From the NCBI GenBank assembly GCA_021788015.1, contig JAJYLD010000001.1, positions 17,581-81,580 on the forward strand: a stretch of DNA of 64,000 nucleotides, read 5' to 3'. The notes under the pieces were generated by a model. The model was not told the DNA's origin. It did no database searches and saw only the letters and a program-made list of their open reading frames with translations. Each line of letters begins with the position of its first letter. Within the stretch, counting starts at the first letter, position 1. Positions 9,742 through 18,363 of the stretch are shown in pieces. The translations under genes were made by a program, and so were the position numbers. The DNA is from a bacterium. GTDB taxonomy: Bacteria > Patescibacteriota > Patescibacteriia > Patescibacteriales > JAKAJF01.

Positions 9742-9949
9742 CTCGTTTATCATTTACTTCGGCTTCTTTTTATGCTATACTTTATTTTCGAGTAATGTTT
9801 GTAAAGAAAAGAACGGGGAAATTAAAAACCGAACGATGTAAAATGAACTTAATATTAACGTTCAATATTAACGAACAGGGTTTTAAATTATTTTTATAAA
9901 TTTTACACTGTAATTTTCCATTTTTTTAATTTTGTAATTTTGCATTTTT

Positions 9950-10735
9950 ATGATTGATGTAAAAAAATTAACAAAAAAATTCGACAACTTTACTGCGGTG
10001 GACGATATTTCTTTTTCCGTCGATAAAGGAACCATTTTCGCGTTTTTGGGACCTAACGGAGCGGGAAAGTCCACGACGATTAAAATGCTTACCACTCTTT
10101 TGAACCCGACGAGCGGGGAAATCAAACTTGACGGCAAAGATCCGGTTAAAGAAAAGAATGAAGTAAGAAAAGTTTTCGGCATCGTTTTTCAAGATCCCAG
10201 CCTCGACGACGAACTTACCGCTTATGAAAACATGGAATTCCACGGGGCGCTTTACGGCATCCGCAAGGCCGAACGCACGCAAAAAATCGAAGAGATTTTA
10301 AAATACGTCGAGCTTTGGAATCGAAAAGACGAATTGGTCAAACATTATTCCGGCGGCATGAAAAGAAGACTGGAAATCGCGCGCGGCTTGCTTCATCATC
10401 CGAAGATTTTGTTTTTGGACGAACCCACTCTCGGACTCGATCCGCAGACAAGAAATCATATTTGGGAATACATAAAAAGCCTGAACGAAAAGGAACGCAT
10501 TACGGTTTTTTTCACTACCCATTACATGGAAGAAGCCGAGCAGATGGCCCGGAAAATCGCCGTAATCGATCACGGAAAAATTATCGCCCAAGGCACGGCG
10601 GAAGATTTAAAAAAACAGACAAACACGGCTTCTCTCGAAAAAGCTTTTCTTGAATTGACCGGAAAAGAAATCAGAAAAGAAGAAGCTAGCACCGCGGAAA
10701 GCATGCGCATGAGAAGGAGGATGTTTAGAAGATGA
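9950..10735 (+). CDS. ABC transporter ATP-binding protein (DrrA/ABC-2 exporter type)
   Basis: Walker A GPNGAGKST, signature YSGGMKRRLEIARGL, Walker B ILFLDEPTLGLD. Confidence 0.9.
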   Translation: MIDVKKLTKKFDNFTAVDDISFSVDKGTIFAFLGPNGAGKSTTIKMLTTLLNPTSGEIKLDGKDPVKEKNEVRKVFGIVFQDPSLDDELTAYENMEFHGALYGIRKAERTQKIEEILKYVELWNRKDELVKHYSGGMKRRLEIARGLLHHPKILFLDEPTLGLDPQTRNHIWEYIKSLNEKERITVFFTTHYMEEAEQMARKIAVIDHGKIIAQGTAEDLKKQTNTASLEKAFLELTGKEIRKEEASTAESMRMRRRMFRR

Positions 10736-10833
10736 ATTAAAATATCTAAAATTATAATTTCTAATTTCTAATATTTTACCGCCCGATTTTAAATAAATTA
10801 GGAATTATAATTTAGACATTAGAAATTTTATTT

Positions 10834-11577
10834 ATGGCTATCTACATTCTTTGGTTAAGACAAATAAAAAGATATTACCGATCCAAATCGAGAATTATTG
10901 GTTCGTTGGGGCAACCTCTTTTATTTCTTCTCGCTTTCGGTTTCGGTTTCGGTCCGATTTTTCAACGGGCGGGGGGAGGAAACTATATCCAATTTCTCGC
11001 TCCGGGCATAATCGCGATGAGCATTTTATTTTTAGCCATTTTTTCCGGAATCGAAATTATTTGGGATAAGCAATTCGGATTTTTAAAAGAAACTTTGGTC
11101 GCGCCGATTTCGCGCTTGGAAATCATGATCGGTCGAACCCTGGGAGGAGCAACGGTCGCCACCGCCCAGGGGATAATCGTTTTGTTTATCGCCTACATAG
11201 CCGGATTTCGTTTGTCCGGTTGGGCCATGTTTCCTTTTGCTTTAATATTCATGGCTTTGATTTCTTTATTATTCACGGCTTTCGGAACGGCTATCGCTTC
11301 GGTTCTCGATGACATGCACGGTTTTCAATTGATTATGAATTTTTTGGTCATGCCTCTGTTCTTTTTGTCGGGAGCGCTTTTCCCGCTGGCGGGGTTGCCC
11401 AAAACTTTGGTCATCATCGCGGAAATCGATCCGCTTTCTTACGGAGTGGACGGACTCCGCCATACTTTGATTAATGCTTCGCATTTCGGTTTGCCCGTGG
11501 ATTTGGGAATTTTAAGCGCGCTTACCTTTTTACTTTTGATTCTCGGCAGTTATTTATTTTCTAAAATTCAGATATGA
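10834..11577 (+). CDS. ABC-2 type transporter permease
   Basis: 247 aa with about 6 TM helices. Follows its ATPase and its stop overlaps the next start (ATGA). Confidence 0.85.
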   Translation: MAIYILWLRQIKRYYRSKSRIIGSLGQPLLFLLAFGFGFGPIFQRAGGGNYIQFLAPGIIAMSILFLAIFSGIEIIWDKQFGFLKETLVAPISRLEIMIGRTLGGATVATAQGIIVLFIAYIAGFRLSGWAMFPFALIFMALISLLFTAFGTAIASVLDDMHGFQLIMNFLVMPLFFLSGALFPLAGLPKTLVIIAEIDPLSYGVDGLRHTLINASHFGLPVDLGILSALTFLLLILGSYLFSKIQI

Positions 11578-12686
11578 TTTTCGGGATCGTCATTTTCTTG
11601 CTTTTCGGCTTGATTATCCTTTTTGGAGCGCACTTTTTTCTTTATTTTTCCATAGTGCGCTTTTTTTCGATAACAAACCAGACCGCGAAAAATTCCATTC
11701 TCGCCGTTATAATTTTTCTCGCCGTCAGCTTTTTTCTTTCTTCGGCGATCGCGCATTGGCGCGATAATTTTTTGACAAGGGCTTATTATTTTTTTTCGGC
11801 CGCCTGGCTCGGCGTCTTCGTCAATCTTATTTTAGCCGTTGTTTTAGGGTGGATTTTAATTTGGCTCGCCGGCATTTCCGGAGTCAATTTAAACAAAGCC
11901 GCGCTCGGCGCCATTCTTTTTTTTCTCGCCTTGGTTTATTCGGGTTACGGAATTTGGAACGCGTTTCATCCGCGAGTAAAAAATATCGAAATCGATATTC
12001 CCGGCTTGCCGATTCAATGGAAGGATAAAAAAATCGTCCAAATTTCCGACGTGCATTTGGGACATATCAACCGCGCCGATTTCCTCGCGGGAGTTGTCAA
12101 TCAAATAAACAAACAAAAACCGGATTTGGTCGTAATCACCGGAGACCTCTTCGACGGCATGGACGGCGACCTTTCTTCCCTGATCGGTCCGCTCGCCGAT
12201 TTGAATCCGCCTTCGGGCGTTTATTTCGTAACGGGTAATCATGAAACTTATTTGGGCGTGCAAAAAGTTTTTTCCGTTTTGGACAAGACAAAAGTTAAAA
12301 TTCTTAACGATCAAAAACAGGATGTCAACGGCATAGAATTGATCGGGGTCGGTTATCCGGAAAGAGGGCAATCAAAAGATTTGGGAGCGATTTTGCAAAA
12401 ATTGGGAGTTCCGGGAGACGGTAAGATAAACATTCTTCTTTATCATACGCCCGCCGGATTCGAAGAAGCGCGACAAAACGGAATAAGTTTGCAATTATCC
12501 GGGCATACGCACAAAGGGCAAATCTTCCCGTTCAATTTTATAACTTACTTTGTTTATCGCGGCCATGATTACGGTTTGTTTCACGAGGGAAATTATTATT
12601 TGTACACAACCAACGGGACGGGAACGTGGGGGCCGCCGATGCGAACGGGAAATGTGCCGGAAATAGTGGCGATTACTCTAAAATAA
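11574..12686 (+). CDS. membrane-anchored metallophosphoesterase (YkuE-like)
   Basis: N-terminal TM helices, then calcineurin-like motifs ISDVHLGH, ITGDLFDG, VTGNHE, LSGHTHKGQ. Confidence 0.85.
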   Translation: MIFGIVIFLLFGLIILFGAHFFLYFSIVRFFSITNQTAKNSILAVIIFLAVSFFLSSAIAHWRDNFLTRAYYFFSAAWLGVFVNLILAVVLGWILIWLAGISGVNLNKAALGAILFFLALVYSGYGIWNAFHPRVKNIEIDIPGLPIQWKDKKIVQISDVHLGHINRADFLAGVVNQINKQKPDLVVITGDLFDGMDGDLSSLIGPLADLNPPSGVYFVTGNHETYLGVQKVFSVLDKTKVKILNDQKQDVNGIELIGVGYPERGQSKDLGAILQKLGVPGDGKINILLYHTPAGFEEARQNGISLQLSGHTHKGQIFPFNFITYFVYRGHDYGLFHEGNYYLYTTNGTGTWGPPMRTGNVPEIVAITLK

Positions 12687-12807
12687 AAGCAATTTTTAGT
12701 GCACAAATTATAAACAAAAAATATCCGCGAGGGGGCTTTACAAAATTTTTATTGTGTGATAAGCTCGGTTTACACTTGATTTGATTAAACAAAAAAGTGG
12801 AAAAAAG

Positions 12808-12946
12808 TTAATTAATAGGAGCTTTGATCCGTGATGAAAGAACACTGGTCGCCGGCCAATCTATCACGGGGAGCCAATGGCGAAACCGACTATTAATTAA
12901 TGTGTCTGATTTTTCGGATGCATTAATGAGTGGCCGGTTTTTTTCT
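12808..12946 (+). promoter_or_regulatory. riboswitch-like aptamer + intrinsic terminator, unit 1 (class unrecognised)
   Basis: P1 12808-12818/12890-12900 (TTAATTAATAG/CTATTAATTAA). P2 12829-12835/12863-12869 (CCGTGAT/ATCACGG). Distal CTGG-TCG-CCGG hairpin. The terminator reuses ACCGAC+ATTAATG (12885-12902), pairing with CATTAAT..GCCGGT (12921-12938), followed by T7. Confidence 0.6.
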
Positions 12947-12967
12947 TTTAAAATTAAATTAAATTCG

Positions 12968-13098
12968 TTTAATAGGAGCTAAGACCCGTGGTAAAAATTT
13001 CCTTGGTCGCCAGGATATCACGGTAGCCAATGGCGAAACCGACTATTAATTACATTTTGATTGCGCAAAATGGAAATGTAATTCGTGGTCGGTTTTTT
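12968..13098 (+). promoter_or_regulatory. riboswitch-like aptamer + intrinsic terminator, unit 2
   Basis: P1 12969-12975/13043-13049. P2 12986-12992/13017-13023 (CCGTGGT/ATCACGG). Its 3' strand TAGCCAATGGCGAAACCGACTATTAAT is identical to unit 1 from AGCC onward. Terminator ACCGAC..AATTACATTT (13038-13057) / AAATGTAATT..GTCGGT (13074-13093) followed by T6. Confidence 0.6.
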
Positions 13099-13308
13099 AT
13101 TTGAAGTTGGCTAAATCAGTAAAGAATTTTATGCGCGAAAATTTTCATGACAATTACAAACAAGAATTGAGAAAATTTATTTAAAGAAAAGGCGAAGGGA
13201 AAAATGGCTAAAGAAAAAAAGCCTAGCCGATTATATCGACGGAAATTCCGGATATAATGCGAAAATTAAGAGAAAGTTTGGAATACGCGAGAAAGAATAA
13301 ATAATTTT

Positions 13309-15831
13309 ATGCCCCTAAATACTTATCAGCAAAAGCGCGATTTTAAAAAGTCTCCGGAACCGAAAGGAGAACTGAAGGGGAGCAAAGGAAATTATTTGCA
13401 GTTTGTAATTCATAAGCATGACGCTTCCCATCCGCATTACGATTTAAGACTCGAGGGAGGAGGAGTCTTAAAAAGTTGGGCGATTCCGAAAGAACCGGAT
13501 TTGGATGCCGGTAAAAAAATTTTGGCGATAATGGTCGAGGATCATCCGTTCGATTACAAAAATTTCGAGGGCGTAATTCCGGAAGGAAATTACGGGGCGG
13601 GAACGGTAATGATTTGGGATAGCGGCGTTTATTACGCCATCGGAGCGTCAAACCGGGAAGAAAGCGAGAGAGAGATTTTGGATGGATTAAAAAAGGGGGA
13701 AATCGGTTTCGTCTTGGAGGGAAAAAAATTAAGAGGAGGGTTCTCGTTGGTAAAATTTAAAAAAGGGAAAGACAACAGCTGGCTATTGATTAAAAAAAAC
13801 GATCAGTTCGCAAACAAGGAAATTAAAGGCAAGGACATTTCAGTAAAAACCGGAAGAATGATGGAGGAAATAGCGGAGAATAAAAAAATAAAAAAGTTTG
13901 CGGGAAGATATTTGGAAATACATATTAAAGGGGCTCCTAGAGCTAAACTGCCGGAAATATATAAACCGATGCTGGCCCATTTAGTGAAGGAGCCTTTTAA
14001 TAGAAAAAATTGGTTGTTTGAAATAAAATACGACGGTTACAGGGCGATAGCGCGAATAGACGACGCCAGCGCGGAAATTTTTTCACGAAACGGCTTGAGT
14101 TTCAACGGTCGTTTTTCGTCGATAGCGGAATCTTTAAAGCATGTTCCTTATAAAGTCATTTTGGACGGAGAAATAGTCGTTACCGACAAACAAGGAAAAT
14201 CCGATTTCGGCCTTTTGCAAAATTATATAAAGACCGGCGACGGTTATCCGGTTTATTGCGTTTTCGACATTTTGCATTTTCAGGATTACGATTTAAAAAA
14301 TTTGCCGCTCGCGAAAAGAAAAGAGATTTTAAAAGAAATTTTGCCGGAACTTCCGAATGTAAAATATGTAAGCCATATTGAAGAAAGGGGAGAAGCTTTG
14401 TTTAAAATGACGGCCGAACGGGGAATCGAAGGCATAATCGCCAAAGACGAAGAAAGCGTTTACGAACCGGGTCAAAGAAGCGTCCATTGGCTGAAAATTA
14501 AAAAAATGAACCGGCAGGAGGCGGTTATCGGCGGCTTTACGGAACCGCGAGGCGAAAGAAGGGGAATCGGGGCTTTGGTTTTGGGAGTGTATGAAGACGA
14601 CGATCTTGTTTACATCGGCCATACCGGCGGGGCTTTTGCCGGAGAAAAACTCGCGGAGATGAGAAAAAGATTGAAGCCGTTAATCAAAAAAATTTCTCCG
14701 TTTAAGAAAGAACCGAAAACAAACGGAAAAGTCCATTGGGTTGAGCCGAAATTGGTTTGCGAAGCGAAATTTTCGAACTGGACAAAAGATGGCTATATGC
14801 GCCAGCCGATTTTTCTCGGACTCAGGGAGGATAAAAATCCACGCGAAATCAAAAGAGAAAAGGCGGAAGACGCGAAACTAATCGCCAAGGAGAGTAAGGG
14901 CGCGATTAAACATAAATTAAAAACGGCGGATAATTCGGAATTTAAAAATTTGGATAAAATTTTTTGGCCGAAAGAAGGTTACACTAAAGGAGACTTGTTG
15001 GACTATTATGAAAAAATCGCGCCGATAATTTTACCTTATTTGAAAGACAGGCCGGAATCGTTGCATCGTTTTCCTGACGGGGTAGAAGGGAAAAATTTTT
15101 TTCAGAAAAACATGGAAAAAATTCCGGGCGGGACGGAAACTAAAACGATTTATTCCGAAACGCAGGACAGGGAAATCAATTATATTTTATGCCAAGACAG
15201 GGAAACGCTTCTGTACCTTGTCAATTTGGGATGCATCGAATTAAATCCATGGAATTCAAGAATAAAAAGCTTGGACAATCCCGATTATATCGTTTTCGAT
15301 ATCGATCCGGGGGAAGCGCCTTTTCGGAAAGCGGTTCAAACGGCCTTGGTAACGCATGCGGTTTTGGGAGAGACGGGAGTAAAAAATTTTTGCAAGACAT
15401 CCGGAGCGACGGGATTGCACGTTTTTGTTCCCTTGGGAGGAAATTACAGTTATGAACAGGCGCGTGAATTCGTAAAACTGATAAATATCATTGTAAATGG
15501 CCGTCTGCCGAAAATAACGACCCTGGAGCGAAGCCCTGGCGAAAGGGACTCAAGAATTTATTTGGATTATTTGCAAAATCGAAAAGGGCAAACAACGGCT
15601 TCGGCTTACTCGGTCAGTCCTTTGCCCGGGGCCCCGGTTTCGACTCCTTTGAGATGGGAAGAAGTAAATTTTGATTTGAATCCGAAAAGTTTTAACATAA
15701 AAAATATTTTTGAAAGAATAAAAAAGATCGGAGATGTCTGGGAAGGAGTTCTCGGGGAAGGGATCGACATGGAAAAGGCTTTGCATAAATTGGAGCGATT
15801 TTTGGAAATTAAGAAGGGGGGTGGCTCATAA
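13309..15831 (+). CDS. ligD: ATP-dependent DNA ligase D (3'-phosphoesterase + ligase + polymerase/primase domains)
   Basis: 840 aa. The N-terminal PE domain has KRDFKKSPEPKG and FVIHKHDASHPHYDLRLE..GVLKSWAIPKEP. The ligase domain has adenylation motif EIKYDGYRA. The C-terminal LigD polymerase domain has LDKIFWPKEGYTKGDLLDYYEKIAP...SGATGLHVFVPL. Confidence 0.92.
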   Translation: MPLNTYQQKRDFKKSPEPKGELKGSKGNYLQFVIHKHDASHPHYDLRLEGGGVLKSWAIPKEPDLDAGKKILAIMVEDHPFDYKNFEGVIPEGNYGAGTVMIWDSGVYYAIGASNREESEREILDGLKKGEIGFVLEGKKLRGGFSLVKFKKGKDNSWLLIKKNDQFANKEIKGKDISVKTGRMMEEIAENKKIKKFAGRYLEIHIKGAPRAKLPEIYKPMLAHLVKEPFNRKNWLFEIKYDGYRAIARIDDASAEIFSRNGLSFNGRFSSIAESLKHVPYKVILDGEIVVTDKQGKSDFGLLQNYIKTGDGYPVYCVFDILHFQDYDLKNLPLAKRKEILKEILPELPNVKYVSHIEERGEALFKMTAERGIEGIIAKDEESVYEPGQRSVHWLKIKKMNRQEAVIGGFTEPRGERRGIGALVLGVYEDDDLVYIGHTGGAFAGEKLAEMRKRLKPLIKKISPFKKEPKTNGKVHWVEPKLVCEAKFSNWTKDGYMRQPIFLGLREDKNPREIKREKAEDAKLIAKESKGAIKHKLKTADNSEFKNLDKIFWPKEGYTKGDLLDYYEKIAPIILPYLKDRPESLHRFPDGVEGKNFFQKNMEKIPGGTETKTIYSETQDREINYILCQDRETLLYLVNLGCIELNPWNSRIKSLDNPDYIVFDIDPGEAPFRKAVQTALVTHAVLGETGVKNFCKTSGATGLHVFVPLGGNYSYEQAREFVKLINIIVNGRLPKITTLERSPGERDSRIYLDYLQNRKGQTTASAYSVSPLPGAPVSTPLRWEEVNFDLNPKSFNIKNIFERIKKIGDVWEGVLGEGIDMEKALHKLERFLEIKKGGGS

Positions 15832-16016
15832 TGAACGAAAATAGAAAAAAATCGGAAAAAAATAAAAATGAAGCCATGGATAGAATTTTGGAATGGGGAG
15901 AAATGGCGAAGGGCAAAACTTCGCAAATTAAAGAAAAGGCGAAAACCAAAGCGCGGGAATGGCGCGAAAAGAGCAAACGGCGAATCGATAAAATTAAAAA
16001 AGAAGGAAGGTGGTAA
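15831..16016 (+). CDS. Lys/Glu/Arg-rich low-complexity ORF (reading frame uncertain)
   Basis: Starts at an ATG overlapping the ligD stop (ATAATG). The region 15831-16250 is a purine-rich tract open in all three forward frames, so coding status and frame are ambiguous. Confidence 0.3.
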   Translation: MNENRKKSEKNKNEAMDRILEWGEMAKGKTSQIKEKAKTKAREWREKSKRRIDKIKKEGRW

Positions 16017-16249
16017 AGAAGGGCGCGCTACGGAAGAAAAACTCGGGGAACGGTCAAAGAAGAAATGCGCAAAATGAAAAAGAGTCGGTTAAAGACGGGA
16101 AAATCGAGAAAGAAAGCGACCGATCCCAAGCGGGTGAATCGCCATCTAAGCCTGAAAAAGGGGCGCGCAAGTCCCGCCGCGACGATCAAAAAAGAAGAAA
16201 AATTAAAAATATAAATAGTGGAGACTGGGAGGAGGTCTTCACCCGTTAG
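16010..16249 (+). CDS. Lys/Arg/Glu-rich low-complexity ORF (reading frame uncertain)
   Basis: GTG start overlapping the previous stop (GTGGTAA). 79 aa, highly basic. Could be the frameshifted continuation of the ORF at 15831. Confidence 0.3.
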   Translation: MVKKGALRKKNSGNGQRRNAQNEKESVKDGKIEKESDRSQAGESPSKPEKGARKSRRDDQKRRKIKNINSGDWEEVFTR

Positions 16250-16441
16250 AGATTCGATTTCGAAAATTTTTAATGGTTTATAATGAAGAAATTGAAATTA
16301 CATACATTTCTAACGGGAGTCCACAAAAAACAAAAATATGAATTCCGTTGAATGCGCCCGCAGATTAAAAAGATTTAACGCGGTCATAAATAAAAATTTG
16401 AAAAAACAAAAAACATCCGGGGCGAAGGGAGGTGAACGGAG

Positions 16442-16693
16442 ATGAGCATCATTATAATGATAATCATCGGCTTAATCGCGGGCTGGGTCGCAAGCGCGAT
16501 TATGAAAAGCAGAGGATTGGGTACGGGCGGAGACATTATAGCTGGAATTATCGGAGCGCTTTTGGGAGGCTATCTTTTGGGATTGATCGGTTTTAGAAAC
16601 GATACGATTATCGGGGCGGTTGTCACATCCGTAATCGGAGCCGTTATTTTCCTTTTTATCATCAGTTTGATAAAAAAGAGCCCGAGCACTTAA
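16442..16693 (+). CDS. GlsB/YeaQ/YmgE family stress-response membrane protein
   Basis: 83 aa. The pattern IIGLIAGWVASAIM...GIIGALLGGYL is typical of the family. GGAGG RBS upstream. Confidence 0.8.
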   Translation: MSIIIMIIIGLIAGWVASAIMKSRGLGTGGDIIAGIIGALLGGYLLGLIGFRNDTIIGAVVTSVIGAVIFLFIISLIKKSPST

Positions 16694-16694
16694 T

Positions 16695-17165
16695 ATGAGA
16701 AAAAAAATAACGACCATTCTGGCACTGGCAGTAATTGTAATTATCGCTCTTTTCGCGCTCGGCATTTCGGCGGGAGAAAAAAAAGAGGTTGCCGTAAACG
16801 ACGCAAACAATCGGCAAGTTGCCGCGCAGGAAAGAAAAATGGAATTTTCGATTGCGGAACACGATCATTCGGGCGAAAAAGGCGCGGCTATTTTTACCGA
16901 TATCGGAAACGGGCAAACGAAAGTCGAGTTGGATATGACGGGCGGTCCCAAAAATACGGATCAGCCGGCCCATATCCATTCCGGATCTTGCGATTCGCTC
17001 GGCGGGATTGTTTATACTTTGAATTACGTCAGGAACGGCTATTCGGAAACGATTTTGGATATTTCATTAGACCAGCTTTTGGACGAGCCCTTGGCGATAA
17101 ACATACATAAGTCGTCGAAAGATCTTCAGAATTATCTTTCGTGCGGAGATATAAAAAATAAATAA
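16695..17165 (+). CDS. secreted/lipid-anchored hypothetical protein with HIHxGxC motif (CHRD/SOD-like?)
   Basis: 156 aa with a signal/TM N-terminus. Motifs PAHIHSGSCDSLGG and LAINIHKS suggest a metal-binding beta-sandwich. Family assignment is uncertain. Confidence 0.5.
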   Translation: MRKKITTILALAVIVIIALFALGISAGEKKEVAVNDANNRQVAAQERKMEFSIAEHDHSGEKGAAIFTDIGNGQTKVELDMTGGPKNTDQPAHIHSGSCDSLGGIVYTLNYVRNGYSETILDISLDQLLDEPLAINIHKSSKDLQNYLSCGDIKNK

Positions 17166-17170
17166 ATTTT

Positions 17171-17365
17171 ATGTTTAAAGAATATTTCGAATTTGGGTGT
17201 AAGGATTTGGGAATCGATTGCGACTTTTTAATCCAATCGAGTTCGAAAGATGAGTTAATGGAAATCGCTCTCGACCATTTTGCAAAAATACACGGCAAGA
17301 AAGAAATACAAGACGGAGAAAAAAATGAAATGCACGAAGCGATAAGGACTATAACGGTCATTTAG
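17171..17365 (+). CDS. DUF1059 small metal-binding protein
   Basis: 64 aa. FGCKDLGIDCDFLIQSSSKDELMEIALDHFAKIHG matches the DUF1059 pattern. Confidence 0.7.
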   Translation: MFKEYFEFGCKDLGIDCDFLIQSSSKDELMEIALDHFAKIHGKKEIQDGEKNEMHEAIRTITVI

Positions 17366-17490
17366 TTCATTTTAACATACGATCGCGAAATGGCGGCGCA
17401 TATTTGTCGTTTCACGGTTGAAAAAAAGAAAAATTTTCACTACCCATGCCGGATTCACAGATGAATTTTTGGGAAGAAACGCTCGGAAGA

Positions 17491-17525
17491 AGCTTGCCGC
17501 CGAAACAAATTTTCGGCGGCAAGCT
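17491..17525. other. perfect 15-bp hairpin (intergenic)
   Basis: AGCTTGCCGCCGAAA-CAAAT-TTTCGGCGGCAAGCT. Lies inside the N-terminal extension of track ORF 17446, which argues against that extension. Confidence 0.6.
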
Positions 17526-17550
17526 TAAAGAGCAAAATCGTATTAATGAC

Positions 17551-17580
17551 AAAAAACTCCGGCGGGGACCGGAGTTTTTT
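17551..17580. terminator. bidirectional intrinsic terminator
   Basis: AAAAAACTCCGG-CGGGGA-CCGGAGTTTTTT. Confidence 0.75.
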
Positions 17581-17589
17581 GAGGACGTA

Positions 17590-18363
17590 ATGATTTCAAA
17601 AAAAGAAAAAATACATATCGGAACGTCGGGGTGGGTTTATCGCCATTGGCGGGGAGTTTTTTATCCCGAGGACTTGCCCGACAAAAAAAAATTAAAATTT
17701 TTTTCCGAACATTTTAAAACCGCGGAAGTAAATTATTCTTTTTACCGTTTGCCCGCCTTAAAAGTTTTTGAAAATTGGCGCGAACAAACGCCGGACGATT
17801 TCATATTCGCGGTGAAAGCGAGCCGTTTCATAACTCATGTAAAGCGTTTGCGCGATGTCGGGGGAGCGTGGACGGAATTTTTAAGGCGGGCAAAGGGTTT
17901 AAAAGAAAAAACGGGACCGTTGCTTTTGCAATTTTCTCCGAATTTTAAATTTAACGACGCGAATTTGCGAAGAATCGAAACGTTTCTCGAAGAATCAAAA
18001 AGCATTGAGAAAAAGTTATTTGGCAAAAAATTGAAATTGGCGTTTGAATTTCGCGATGCGAGCTGGGTTAACGAAAAAATTTTTGAAGTTTTAAAAAAAC
18101 ATCAAGCCGCCTGGGTCATCGCCGATTCGGGGGCATACCCTAAAACAGAAGCGGTTACCGCGCGATTTGTTTATGTTCGGATGCACGGACCGGCGGGTTT
18201 GTTCGGCTCCGGTTACCCCGAAAATGAAATAAAGAGTTTGGCCGAAAGAATTAAAACATGGACAAAAAACAATTTGGAGGTTTATGTGTATTTCAATAAT
18301 GATGCGCAAGGATTTGCGGTTAAAAATGCCAAAGAACTGCTGTCATTTTTAAAGCGATTATGA
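17590..18363 (+). CDS. DUF72 (YecE/UPF0759) family protein
   Basis: ATG at 17590 (MISKKEKIHIGTSGWVYRHWRGVFYPEDL...), downstream of the two hairpins. The motifs are typical of DUF72. The stop overlaps the next start (ATGA). Confidence 0.8.
   Translation: MISKKEKIHIGTSGWVYRHWRGVFYPEDLPDKKKLKFFSEHFKTAEVNYSFYRLPALKVFENWREQTPDDFIFAVKASRFITHVKRLRDVGGAWTEFLRRAKGLKEKTGPLLLQFSPNFKFNDANLRRIETFLEESKSIEKKLFGKKLKLAFEFRDASWVNEKIFEVLKKHQAAWVIADSGAYPKTEAVTARFVYVRMHGPAGLFGSGYPENEIKSLAERIKTWTKNNLEVYVYFNNDAQGFAVKNAKELLSFLKRL

Noticed and set aside
17446-17589. A long N-terminal extension of the DUF72 gene, as drawn in the ORF track (start at 17446).
   Set aside because: The extension contains a perfect 15-bp hairpin and a bidirectional terminator, and its sequence is unlike the family. 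The ATG at 17590 gives the canonical MISKKEKIHIGTSGW start.
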